From contig DAONDV010000001.1 of assembly GCA_035402745.1 (NCBI GenBank), forward strand, positions 19,636 through 83,635: a DNA stretch of 64,000 nt. The letters run 5' to 3'. Made by a program: the position numbers and the translations under genes. Below, in pieces: positions 30,476-39,641 of this stretch. Numbering within the stretch: position 1 is the stretch's first letter; every line of letters starts with the position of its first letter. The DNA is from Minisyncoccota bacterium (lineage in GTDB: Bacteria > Patescibacteriota > Minisyncoccia > UBA6257 > JAAZHW01). The notes beneath the pieces are model-generated. The model did no database searches. It was not told the DNA's origin and was given only the letters and a program-made list of their open reading frames with translations.

Positions 30476-31756
30476 ATGAACAAAATTATTTCTAAAATCG
30501 TTCAAATATTTTCTATTCCCGATTTGAGAAAGAAGATCTTTATTGTCCTAGCGCTATTAGTAGTGTTTAGGCTTTTTGCCGCCGTTCCGGTACCGGGAAT
30601 CGATGTTTCCAGATTAAAATCCATATTCTCTTCCAATCAATTATTGGGTATTTTGAATATTTTTTCTGGCGGAACTATGGATAATCTTTCTATTGTTATG
30701 CTTGGCGTGGGACCTTATATTACCGCCAGTATTATCATGCAGCTTTTAACTATGATTTTCCCGAGGATGAAGGAAATGTACTACGAGGAAGGAGAGGCTG
30801 GCCGAATGAAATTTAATCAAATTTGCAGATATATTACTATTCCTTTGTCATTGGTACAGGCTTACGCTTATTTGAATATCTTGGTTTCGCAGAAGGCGCT
30901 TAGCGCTTTAGCCCTTCCGATAATGATTAAGGATATCATCTTAATTACTGCTGGTACGATGTTGGTCATGTGGATCGGTGAACTTATCTCCGAATATAAA
31001 ATCGGCAATGGCATATCTTTAATTATCTTTGCCGGTATCATTAGCCGTATTCCTAATACTATTCGTACGGCCATTGTATCTTATCAACCGTCTATGCTTT
31101 CTGGTTATATCGCTTTCTTGGTTGTCGCTGTAGTGATTATTGCCGGTGTGGTTATTGTTAATGAAGCAGAGAGAAAAGTGCCCGTTTCTTACGCTAAACG
31201 CGTGAGGGGTAATAAAATGTTTGGTGGCGTCTCCACTTATTTGCCGTTAAAGGTTAATCAGGCTGGCGTTATTCCAATCATTTTCGCTATTTCTATTATG
31301 CTTTTTCCGCAGTTTATTGGTCAGATTATCGCTGCTTTAAAAACTGATTGGGCTTTGAAAGTCTCCAGTTTCTTGATTAATTTGTTTAATAATCAAATAA
31401 TTTATTCTGCTTTATATTTCATTTTAGTTTTGCTTTTCACTTATTTTTACACAATGGTGACTTTTGATCCTAAAGAAATATCTCAAAATCTTCAAAAAAA
31501 TGGAGGATTTGTTCCTGGAATCAGACCGGGACAGCCAACAGCTACTTTTTTGAGTCAGATTTTGAATCGTATTACTTTAGTAGGTGCTTTATTCTTGGGT
31601 TTGATTGCGGTTTTCCCGTCTTTAATGAAACTAGTGAGTGATAATGCCGCTTTAACTATTGGAGGCACATCCGTTTTGATCGTAGTCTCCGTGGCTTTGG
31701 AAACAGCCAAACAAATTAAGTCTCAATTAGTGATGAGAGAATACGAAGGATTCTAA
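30476..31756 (+). CDS. secY: Preprotein translocase SecY
   Basis: LGVGPYITASII, IGNGISLII, NQAGVIP, PGIRPG, GGTSVLIVV. Confidence 0.99.
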   Translation: MNKIISKIVQIFSIPDLRKKIFIVLALLVVFRLFAAVPVPGIDVSRLKSIFSSNQLLGILNIFSGGTMDNLSIVMLGVGPYITASIIMQLLTMIFPRMKEMYYEEGEAGRMKFNQICRYITIPLSLVQAYAYLNILVSQKALSALALPIMIKDIILITAGTMLVMWIGELISEYKIGNGISLIIFAGIISRIPNTIRTAIVSYQPSMLSGYIAFLVVAVVIIAGVVIVNEAERKVPVSYAKRVRGNKMFGGVSTYLPLKVNQAGVIPIIFAISIMLFPQFIGQIIAALKTDWALKVSSFLINLFNNQIIYSALYFILVLLFTYFYTMVTFDPKEISQNLQKNGGFVPGIRPGQPTATFLSQILNRITLVGALFLGLIAVFPSLMKLVSDNAALTIGGTSVLIVVSVALETAKQIKSQLVMREYEGF

Positions 31757-31772
31757 TTATATTACTTTTTGT

Positions 31773-31809
31773 AAATGGCCACCCATTGATTTGCGGGTGG
31801 TCATTTTTT
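31773..31809 (+). terminator. Terminator after secY
   Basis: AAATGGCCACCC...GGGTGGTCATTT plus T tract. Confidence 0.8.
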
Positions 31810-31869
31810 ATTGCTTTTTTTGGTAATTTATCTAATATGATAAAAGATATTTAACAAAGGAGGAAAAAT

Positions 31870-32577
31870 ATGATAAAATCCAAGATGTTTATGACTACAC
31901 CAAGAATAGTTATTTTATATGGTTTTCCTGGCGCAGGAAAGGATACTCAAGCTGAAATCATTGAAGAAAGCTTGGATTTTCAGCAAGTTAGTTCTTCTCA
32001 ATTAATAGAAGATCAAATTTTTAATCCAGCGTTACAAAATGATCCGATTATTCAAAGAGAAAGAAAATTGTATGAAGAGGGGAAGTTGTGCACGCCTGAA
32101 TGGGTGACCGATATTATTAATAAGAAAGTTGCGGAAATGCATGCGGAAAAGAGAAGTTTGGTATTTAGTGGTTCTCCGAGAACGCTCTATGAAGCAGAAA
32201 ATGAGATTCCTTATTGGGAATCAATTTATGGAAAAGAAAATATTTTTGTTTTTTTGATTAAAATTGATGAAGCCACTTCTATTTTTCGAAATACGCATAG
32301 AAGAGTTTGCTCTGTTTGTCGTCATCCCATTGTTTATTCTGAGGAGAGTAAAAATCTTACTCTTTGTCCGATGTGTGGCGGAATATTGAAAAAAAGATTA
32401 TTGGATACGGAGGAATTAATGAAAACCAGAGTAAAAGAATATAAAGAGAGAACGGAGCCGATATTTAAGTATTTGCAAGATGGAGGATATAAAGTAGTAG
32501 GGGTTGATGGAGAAGATTCTCCTGATGGAGTCGCGCGTAATATTATTAATCATCTCAATGGTCAAATTGAAGACTGA
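31870..32577 (+). CDS. adk: Adenylate kinase (Zn-binding LID)
   Basis: GFPGAGKDTQ P-loop, SGSPRT, CSVC..CPMCGG, secY-adk-map synteny. Confidence 0.9.
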   Translation: MIKSKMFMTTPRIVILYGFPGAGKDTQAEIIEESLDFQQVSSSQLIEDQIFNPALQNDPIIQRERKLYEEGKLCTPEWVTDIINKKVAEMHAEKRSLVFSGSPRTLYEAENEIPYWESIYGKENIFVFLIKIDEATSIFRNTHRRVCSVCRHPIVYSEESKNLTLCPMCGGILKKRLLDTEELMKTRVKEYKERTEPIFKYLQDGGYKVVGVDGEDSPDGVARNIINHLNGQIED

Positions 32578-33316
32578 AGAAGAAATAAAAATAATAAAAG
32601 AGGGTGGAAAGATTCTAGGAAGAATTTTAAGAGACTTGGCGAAAAAAGTTAAGCCCGGTGTTTTCACTAAAGAATTGGATTGGTTGGCAGAGAATTCTAT
32701 CAAGCAAGCCGGAGGCAAACCCGCTTTTAAAAATTATAAACCAGATTTTGCAATTCGCGCTTATCCGGCAACTTTGTGTGCTTCCGTCAATAGCGTAGTC
32801 GTTCATGGTATACCCAATAGTCAACCTTTGCAGAACGGAGATATTTTATCTTTAGATTTGGGTATGGAGTATAAGGGATTATTTACGGACTCGGCTATTA
32901 CTGTTGGAGTTGGAGATATTTCTCAGCAAGCCAAAAAATTAATTAATGTCACTAGAAAATCTTTGGACTTAGCCATCAAACAATGCAAAGTAGGATCTAC
33001 TTTGGGTGACATCGGTTATGTTATAGAAAAATATGTAAGGAGTCAGGGAATGAAAGAAGTGAGAATGCTCACCGGTCATGGTGTTGGTTATAAGCCGCAT
33101 GAAGATCCCGATGTTTTAAATTTTGGCGATCCTGGCAGAGGAATGAAATTAAAAGAAGGATTGGTAATTGCCGTTGAGCCAATGGTAAGTCTTGGGTCAG
33201 GAGATGTGGTAGAAAGATTTGATGGAAGTTTTGTAACTAAGGAAGAATGTTTGTCGGCGCATTTTGAACATACCATCGCTATTACTAAAAGAGGACCAAT
33301 AATTTTAACAAAATAA
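32558..33316 (+). CDS. map: Methionine aminopeptidase type I
   Basis: CASVN..VVHGIP, DLG, DSA, GHGVG...HE, AVEPM, SAHFEHT. Confidence 0.98.
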   Translation: MVKLKTEEEIKIIKEGGKILGRILRDLAKKVKPGVFTKELDWLAENSIKQAGGKPAFKNYKPDFAIRAYPATLCASVNSVVVHGIPNSQPLQNGDILSLDLGMEYKGLFTDSAITVGVGDISQQAKKLINVTRKSLDLAIKQCKVGSTLGDIGYVIEKYVRSQGMKEVRMLTGHGVGYKPHEDPDVLNFGDPGRGMKLKEGLVIAVEPMVSLGSGDVVERFDGSFVTKEECLSAHFEHTIAITKRGPIILTK

Positions 33317-33317
33317 C

Positions 33318-33740
33318 ATGAGAATTTTAGGAATTGATTTTGGTACAAAAAAAATTGGTTTAGCTTTTGCTGATGTTGATATAAAGATTGCTATGCCCGG
33401 CGACATCGTTTATTTTTCCAGTAAAAAAGAATTGATGGAAAAAATAAAAAAAATTATTCAAGAAAAAGAAATTGTTGGGATAGTTATTGGTTTACCTTTA
33501 TCATTGGATTTTCAAGAAACGGAAATTTCTCAAAAAGCGCGTGAATTTGGAAAGGAGTTAGGAGATGAAACAGGCTTGCCGATATATTTCCAGAATGAAA
33601 TTTTTTCTTCTAAGCAGGCGGAAAGCACTGACTTTGAAGCAAGGAGAAAAATTAAAAGTAGGAAGCCAATAGTAATTCGTGATGTGGATAACCATGCAGC
33701 CGCATTGATTTTAGAAAGTTATTTAGCGGATAAACAATAG
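33318..33740 (+). CDS. ruvX: RuvX/YqgF putative pre-16S rRNA nuclease
   Basis: RILGIDFGTKKIGLA, IVIGLP, NE.FSS, D..AAALILESYL. Confidence 0.93.
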   Translation: MRILGIDFGTKKIGLAFADVDIKIAMPGDIVYFSSKKELMEKIKKIIQEKEIVGIVIGLPLSLDFQETEISQKAREFGKELGDETGLPIYFQNEIFSSKQAESTDFEARRKIKSRKPIVIRDVDNHAAALILESYLADKQ

Positions 33741-33783
33741 TCCGAGCAAGTTATTGACTCGGACTATTTTTTTCAGGTATAAT
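33736..33783 (+). promoter_or_regulatory. ruvX terminator overlapping a sigma70 promoter
   Basis: Hairpin AATAGTCCGAG/CTCGGACTATT plus T tract; TTGACT(33754)-18-TATAAT(33778). Confidence 0.7.
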
Positions 33784-33789
33784 TAAATC

Positions 33790-34048
33790 AGCAAGAGTTG
33801 TTAATCAACTTGTTAAAATATTTTGAGGATTTTATAAAAATTCTTACTTGTCTTTCGTTTTATTATCATTATTTTTTAGGGGCGTTTTCGAACGCTTTCC
33901 ATTCTGAGTATTTTCTCACATCTGATTGTTTGAGCAATCACTACCATTGAATGGAAAAGAGACACAGTCTCTGCCTGATAGTACAAGTACTATTTATATA
34001 AATTCCTTCAACAGTCTTCGAGCCACTCAACGTAGTGGCTCTTTTTTT
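33790..34048 (+). ncRNA. Candidate structured ncRNA of about 260 nt, family unrecognised
   Basis: Own promoter and terminator (GAGCCACT/AGTGGCTC-T7); several hairpins including a UUCG tetraloop and a 9-bp-closed three-way junction; no credible ORF. Confidence 0.55.
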
Positions 34049-34108
34049 ACTTTATTTTATTATTTTGTTAGAATTAAAAATAGAGAGTCGTTTTTTATAA
34101 AATAATTT

Positions 34109-34573
34109 ATGTTAAAAATTAATTATATCATTATTCCGTTGATCACAATTTTTGTTTCTGTTTGTGGTAGTTGGGTTGTTGGTGGTGGAATGATTTGGTA
34201 TCGCAATTTACAGTTGCCGTCTATTGTTCCAGAGGGATATATTATTGGAATTATTTGGACTATAATTTTTATCTTATCGGCCATTTCTGCTTTATTGTTT
34301 TATAATAAGTTTCCACGAAATAATATATTCAAATGGGTTGTGTTTGTATTTTTATTGAATGCCTTTTTAAATATTTTTTGGAATTTTTTATTTTTTGGTT
34401 GGCACTTATTAGTATTGAGTTTTATAGAAATGATACTCTTAGAGTTAACGGTAGTCGCGTTAATATTTTTTCTTTGGCGGAAAGTTCTTTGGGCTGGAAT
34501 TTTATTAATTCCTTATGCTTTGTGGGTTCCTTTCGCAACTTATTTAACTTGGTCGGTGATACAACTAAATTGA
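34109..34573 (+). CDS. tspO: TspO/MBR family protein
   Basis: WYRNLQLPS..PE...IG.IWT, LN.FWN.LFFG, LLIPY.LWV.FA.YL. Confidence 0.9.
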   Translation: MLKINYIIIPLITIFVSVCGSWVVGGGMIWYRNLQLPSIVPEGYIIGIIWTIIFILSAISALLFYNKFPRNNIFKWVVFVFLLNAFLNIFWNFLFFGWHLLVLSFIEMILLELTVVALIFFLWRKVLWAGILLIPYALWVPFATYLTWSVIQLN

Positions 34574-34607
34574 GTTTAGATTTTAGATAAAATATAAAAA
34601 TTTATTT

Positions 34608-35384
34608 ATGGCAAAAAGATTATTTGATGCAAGATCAAGTGAACCGTTTGAAATCAGTCGGACGAAATTAGAATTATTTTTGAATTGTCCGCGTTGTTTT
34701 TATTTGGATAGAAAATTTGGTATTGGTCGTCCTTCTTTCCCGGCTTTTACTTTGAACAGCGCCGTGGATGTTTTATTAAAAAAAGAGTTTGATATTCATC
34801 GTTCTAAAAAAGAAACTCATCCATTGATGAAAAGTTATGGCATTGATTTAATTCCGTTTCAGCATGAAAAGATGGAAGAGTGGAGGCATAATTTTACAGG
34901 TGTGCGTTATTTACATAGAGCCACTAATTTTTTGGTTTTTGGAGCCATAGATGATTTGTGGGTTGATAAAGATGGAACTCTATTCGTTGTTGATTATAAA
35001 TCTACTAGTAGTGATTACGAAGTAAATTTAGACGGTGATTATAAGGCGGCTTATAAAAGGCAGGTGGAAATTTATCAGTGGCTTTTGAGAAAAAATGGTT
35101 TTAAAGTTTCTGATATCGCATATTTTGTTTATGCTAATGGGCGTAAAGATTTGAAAGCTTTTGATGCAAAATTGGAATTTAATATCTCGGTGTTGGCTTA
35201 TAATGGCAATAGTGATTGGGTGGAGCAAGTTATTATTGATGCCAAGCATTGTTTGGAGCAGTCCAATATTCCTGAAGCGGAATATGAATGCGAATATTGT
35301 AATTATAGAAAAGCAGCCGGTTTACAAGAAAATAAAAAAGTTGTTAAAACTTTGAAAAAGACCGGAGACAATAGTTTGTTTTAA
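34608..35384 (+). CDS. PD-(D/E)XK nuclease, Cas4/AddB-like with Cys ligands
   Basis: S..KL.LF..CPRCFY, GAIDD, VVDYK, Q...Y, C-terminal CEYC. Confidence 0.85.
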   Translation: MAKRLFDARSSEPFEISRTKLELFLNCPRCFYLDRKFGIGRPSFPAFTLNSAVDVLLKKEFDIHRSKKETHPLMKSYGIDLIPFQHEKMEEWRHNFTGVRYLHRATNFLVFGAIDDLWVDKDGTLFVVDYKSTSSDYEVNLDGDYKAAYKRQVEIYQWLLRKNGFKVSDIAYFVYANGRKDLKAFDAKLEFNISVLAYNGNSDWVEQVIIDAKHCLEQSNIPEAEYECEYCNYRKAAGLQENKKVVKTLKKTGDNSLF

Positions 35385-35387
35385 AAA

Positions 35388-36545
35388 ATGAGAACTTTAA
35401 ATTTTTTGCGACAATGGGGGAGGAAAATAACGCCTGATAATGAAAATAGTCATCTTTTGCGTATTGAAATTAACGGCGATAATTTATTGCATAATATCAA
35501 AGAGTTTAGGAGCAAATTTTCCGACAAAAAATTAGCCGCTGTTTTGAAAAGTAATGCATATGGTCATGGTTTGAAAGAAATGGCCTTATTTTTGGATAAA
35601 AACTCCGATATTTCTTTTTTTGTGGTGGATAGTTTTATGGAGGCTAAGTTATTAAGGGATATTGGAGTTAGAAAAGAATTGATTATTCTGGGCCATGTTT
35701 TAGAGCCTCTTTTCGGGCAATTGAAAAGAATGAAAAATAAGATTTTATCCATTAATTCCTTGAAACAAGCGGAGATTTTTAGTCAAAAAATCGATTTTCC
35801 CTTGAGGGTCCATATTAAAATTGATACTGGAATGCATCGACACGGTGTTGCCTTGAACGAATTAAAGAAAACTATTAATGTGTTGCAAAGTAATCAAAAT
35901 ATTAAGATTGAGGGGCTTTTAACGCATTTAGCCGATGCTGATAATGTAAATAGTGATGATTTTACTTTGAAACAATTAGAGGTTTGGCAGGAGGCATTAA
36001 AGATCTATAAAAGCTATTTTCAGGATGGGGTATTTCATTTTTCTGCCACAACCGGAACTAGTTATTTAGATAAAGCAGAAAGTAATTTAATAAGAATGGG
36101 AGCTGCTTTATATGGTTTTGATGTTACTAAGGATAAAAAATTAAATTTAAAACCAATTCTTTCCTGGATGGCTAAAATCGTTAATCTCAAGGAATTAAAA
36201 AGGGGAGAATCAATCAGTTATAATTGTATTTTTAAAGCTGATCATGATATGAAGGTGGCTTTGGTACCCTGCGGATATTTCGAAGGAGTTCCTAAAAATA
36301 GCAGTAATAAAGGTTATATGTATTTTAAAAATGAGCCCTTGAGAATTTTAGGTAAGGTGTGCATGAATTTAACCGCTTTGGATGTTTCAAACGTTAATGT
36401 TGATTTAGAAGATGAAGTTGAGGTATTTTCTAACAATCCCCAACGCTTAAATTCCGTAGAAAATTATGCTAAAATATGTGAAACAAGCATTCATGATATT
36501 TTGGCGCGGTTAGCGCCCACAATAAAAAGAGTCGTTAAACATTAA
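35388..36545 (+). CDS. alr: Alanine racemase
   Basis: AVLKSNAYGHG (PLP Lys), HIKIDTGMHR.G, THLA.AD, G.VCM. Confidence 0.95.
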   Translation: MRTLNFLRQWGRKITPDNENSHLLRIEINGDNLLHNIKEFRSKFSDKKLAAVLKSNAYGHGLKEMALFLDKNSDISFFVVDSFMEAKLLRDIGVRKELIILGHVLEPLFGQLKRMKNKILSINSLKQAEIFSQKIDFPLRVHIKIDTGMHRHGVALNELKKTINVLQSNQNIKIEGLLTHLADADNVNSDDFTLKQLEVWQEALKIYKSYFQDGVFHFSATTGTSYLDKAESNLIRMGAALYGFDVTKDKKLNLKPILSWMAKIVNLKELKRGESISYNCIFKADHDMKVALVPCGYFEGVPKNSSNKGYMYFKNEPLRILGKVCMNLTALDVSNVNVDLEDEVEVFSNNPQRLNSVENYAKICETSIHDILARLAPTIKRVVKH

Positions 36546-36660
36546 AACATACCCGGTATAATAATTTTTGATCGATTATTTCTATGGGTGTGGATTAAAA
36601 GGTCTAGTTTAATTATAAAAAAGAATTTTTAAACATATTTTATAAATTCTTTTACTGGGT

Positions 36661-36942
36661 ATGAGTAAAACAAATTTTACGGCTGAAGAGGCCAAGCAAA
36701 TCGGCGATACTTTGGGTGTCGATTGGAAATATTTCGACGTAGAGCAGTTTCGTATGGGCTTAGACGTCGAATTGGAACACGGTACAAAAAATTCCAAAAC
36801 CAATGTCTCTAATGACGATTCCATTACTACTGGAAAAATCGCCTTGGTTCATCTTTTGGAATTTCCTGATTATTATACTCGTCTTAATAAATTAGAGGTT
36901 GAAGCCGAAGAATTTTGGGCTAAACAAGGTTATGTTGGTTAA
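36661..36942 (+). CDS. DUF5661-like small protein
   Basis: QFRMGLDVELEHG, GKIAL.HL.EFPDYYTRL. Confidence 0.75.
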   Translation: MSKTNFTAEEAKQIGDTLGVDWKYFDVEQFRMGLDVELEHGTKNSKTNVSNDDSITTGKIALVHLLEFPDYYTRLNKLEVEAEEFWAKQGYVG

Positions 36943-37150
36943 AGTTAAGGCTTTTCCTAATTCCAAAAAAAGGGAAATTATTAAAAAATCAGAGGATAGC
37001 TTTGAAGTAAAAGTAAAAGAAAAGCCAAAAAATAATGAAGCTAATTTGGCTATTTTTGAGGTATTAGAAGAATATTTTAATGTTGAGCGCTCTCAAATCC
37101 GTTTAATTAAGGGCGCTAAAGAGAGAAGTAAGATTTTTGATATTGGATAA
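36932..37150 (+). CDS. DUF167/YggU family protein
   Basis: VKVKA.PNSK, VKVKE.P....AN.A, I.LIKG...R.K. Confidence 0.85.
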   Translation: MLVKVKAFPNSKKREIIKKSEDSFEVKVKEKPKNNEANLAIFEVLEEYFNVERSQIRLIKGAKERSKIFDIG

Positions 37151-37215
37151 TACCTTACCTTTATAAATCGTTACGATGTCGCTGCGATTTTTTTATTTTG
37201 TGTTATAATAATTAT

Positions 37216-37857
37216 ATGTTAAATAAAACCATTATTAATTTAACTATCAGTGTGTTTTTGATATTAGTGATTTTTGTTGTGGCGATTCGTTTTCTTGGCG
37301 GTGATGAGGACGCGTGGATTTGTGTTAATGATCAATGGGTTCGTCATGGTAACCCTTCCAGTCTTATGCCGGAGTCTGGGTGTGGCACGTTCGCGATTGA
37401 AAAGACTAGTTTTTCAGTTTACTTTAGCAATTCGCAGAAAAATGCCAATATTCAGGATTGTTCTCTAGTTTATCCTGTGAGTAGAGAAGTTCCTAAGACT
37501 TTGGCCGTCGGGCAAGTATCTTTAGAGGAGTTGTTTAAAGGCCCCACTCTTGAAGAGCAAAAAAATGGTTATACTTCATTTTTTTCTGATGCTACTAAGA
37601 ATATTTTGAAAAAAATTACTATTGACGAAAAAACGGCTTATGTTGATTTAAAAGATATCCGTTCGTTAATACCCAATGCTAGTTCCAGTTGTGGATCCGC
37701 CCAACTTTTGTCGGAAATGGTCAATACTTTAAAACAATTTGCCAATATAGAGAAGGTGGTTTTTGCCATTGAAGGCGATCCGAGAACTTTTTACGAGTGG
37801 TTACAGTTCAGCTGTGGCACGGAAAATAATAATTGTGATGCCACGCCATTTCAATAA
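37216..37857 (+). CDS. GerMN domain membrane-anchored protein
   Basis: N-terminal TM; GDED.WIC...WV.HG.P module; LEELFKGPT, TLKQF..I..V...IEG. Confidence 0.8.
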   Translation: MLNKTIINLTISVFLILVIFVVAIRFLGGDEDAWICVNDQWVRHGNPSSLMPESGCGTFAIEKTSFSVYFSNSQKNANIQDCSLVYPVSREVPKTLAVGQVSLEELFKGPTLEEQKNGYTSFFSDATKNILKKITIDEKTAYVDLKDIRSLIPNASSSCGSAQLLSEMVNTLKQFANIEKVVFAIEGDPRTFYEWLQFSCGTENNNCDATPFQ

Positions 37858-37865
37858 TTATAAAT

Positions 37866-38258
37866 ATGGTCTCTTTTTTTAACTCCTCAAATCTTTGGAG
37901 GTATTTAGTTTATTTTTGGACATTGGTTTTTTATACGGTGATTATTTGCGATCTTATCAACGGAAACGCTTTAGTTGGATATTTAGGTCCTTTGGCTGCT
38001 ATTTATATTGGTATTTTGGCTGTTTATGCCGGACAAAAAGAATTTGAAAGATGGTGTCATATTCACGATGGTCATCATCCCGGAGAGCTTTTTGTTATCG
38101 GTTGGACGGTGCTTGTTTTTGGTCTTTGGACCTTAGATTTATTTTTAGGTGATTTTTACAAATTTCCGGAAATTTTAATTTATACTTACATTGCGGTTTT
38201 GAGCGTTTTGGCTATAACTATAAAGTCCAAGAAAATTTATCGCACAAAGCATAGATGA
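37866..38258 (+). CDS. Hypothetical 4-TM membrane protein
   Basis: Four hydrophobic segments; KEFERW...H.G.HPGE.FV..WT. Confidence 0.75.
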   Translation: MVSFFNSSNLWRYLVYFWTLVFYTVIICDLINGNALVGYLGPLAAIYIGILAVYAGQKEFERWCHIHDGHHPGELFVIGWTVLVFGLWTLDLFLGDFYKFPEILIYTYIAVLSVLAITIKSKKIYRTKHR

Positions 38259-38500
38259 TTACTTTGATTATTGGTTTTGTGGGCGCCTCTTTAGTTTTAA
38301 TTGCTTTTATCTTCAATGAGAACAAAAAGTGGGGTGATGGAGACTTTAAGTATGATTTGGCTAATTGTATTGGCGGCTTATTTTTGGTAATTTATGGCGT
38401 TTTGAGTAAAACTTGGCCTTTTGTTGTCTTGAATACGGTTTGGTTTTTGGTTTCCTTGCGTGACGTTATTAAGGGTATAAGGGGCGGGGGAGTTGGTTGA
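38255..38500 (+). CDS. Small 3-TM membrane protein (CBU_0592/PQ-loop-like)
   Basis: IG..GA.L.L.AF, Y...N..G, WPF..LN.VW; ATGA coupling with upstream gene. Confidence 0.7.
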   Translation: MITLIIGFVGASLVLIAFIFNENKKWGDGDFKYDLANCIGGLFLVIYGVLSKTWPFVVLNTVWFLVSLRDVIKGIRGGGVG

Positions 38501-38591
38501 TTTTAGGCGGGAAGCTTTCATTTTCATGGTTTTTATGCTAAAATAGGGATAGGTGGAAAAAGTCGCATTAAATCCGCCTTTATCAGTGTTT

Positions 38592-39539
38592 ATGAGTAAA
38601 TTTATTGTAGTTTTTTCTTTAATCGTGTCATTGTTGCCGACAATGACTAGTTTTGCCTCAGCTCAGGAAGTATCTGTGACGCCTACCCCTGATTTGACTG
38701 CTTCTGCTTCCCCAAGCATTAGTCCAGCCATGGTGGTAAATCCAGTGGGCCCATTTATTAAAAATATCCCAGAAGCGGATTTGAAACAGTCATTATCTAT
38801 TCAAGAAATTGACGGTTCTAATCTTTGCCGCGAGTCAAATGAATGCTACTTTACTAATAATAAGTTTTATTCTGAGGTGTTAGTAAATTCGGCTAAAGTT
38901 ACCGATATCGGCACAAATGTTATTGGTATTTCTTTATTCGGGTATGATTATTCCGTAAATATAGAAGAAGCTAAATTGGTGCGTCAATATTGGGTAGAGT
39001 CTGGATTGGATGAATTTTCAGTCGGTGATGTTGTCAACGTTTTTGGATATTTGGATCAATCAGATAATCATTTGATTCATGCCAAAACAATTAGAAACAT
39101 TTCTCTCCAGAAAAGAGTCACTGTTTTCAAGGGTCTAATTGGTTCAATTAATAATGTAATGAATACTTTTGTTTTACAGACGCCTCTTAATGGCGATCAA
39201 ACAGTAGTGATTACTAGTGAAACAAAAATAGTAAAATCAGAATCTGTTTTTTGTATTCAAGTCATGGGCGCTCATTGTCCTTACACCACTAGCGCTTTGG
39301 TAACTATTAATGATTTGTCTGTTGGTGATGCTGTTATAGTAAGAGGTGTTTGGAATGCGGATTCCAAGAAAATCGCAGCGGAATCTATTGTTGCCGGATT
39401 TGATGGTAGACCATTGTTTAATAATTTAGGACAATTACAGAGTCAAATTAAAGAACGCGCTCAAACCGAAGCTGTTAAAGAAAATGTGGGAATTTGGCAA
39501 AAAATTGGAAGTTTCTTTGACAAATTGAGGGGTAAGTAA
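38592..39539 (+). CDS. Secreted protein with repeated OB-like (DUF5666-like) domains
   Basis: Signal peptide, Pro/Ser linker, repeated L..F/L.VGD.V.V.G segments. Confidence 0.65.
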   Translation: MSKFIVVFSLIVSLLPTMTSFASAQEVSVTPTPDLTASASPSISPAMVVNPVGPFIKNIPEADLKQSLSIQEIDGSNLCRESNECYFTNNKFYSEVLVNSAKVTDIGTNVIGISLFGYDYSVNIEEAKLVRQYWVESGLDEFSVGDVVNVFGYLDQSDNHLIHAKTIRNISLQKRVTVFKGLIGSINNVMNTFVLQTPLNGDQTVVITSETKIVKSESVFCIQVMGAHCPYTTSALVTINDLSVGDAVIVRGVWNADSKKIAAESIVAGFDGRPLFNNLGQLQSQIKERAQTEAVKENVGIWQKIGSFFDKLRGK

Positions 39540-39576
39540 AAAGATTCGTTGCATGCGTGAAAAACGTTAATTTTTA

Positions 39577-39610
39577 TTCGACCCCCATCTTTACGAAGAC
39601 GGGGGTCGAA
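39577..39610 (+). terminator. Hairpin/terminator
   Basis: TTCGACCCCC.TCTT/AAGA.GGGGGTCGAA. Confidence 0.7.
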
Positions 39611-39641
39611 ATATTTATTTGATAATTAATTACATAAAAAT

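Noticed and set aside
33790-34048. CRISPR array, hammerhead ribozyme or short ORF in the hairpin-rich region
   Set aside because: The hairpins share no repeat sequence; CTGAGTA/CTGATTG do not match the CUGAnGA...GAAA core; the roughly 50-codon TTG-start frame has no start signal or recognisable content
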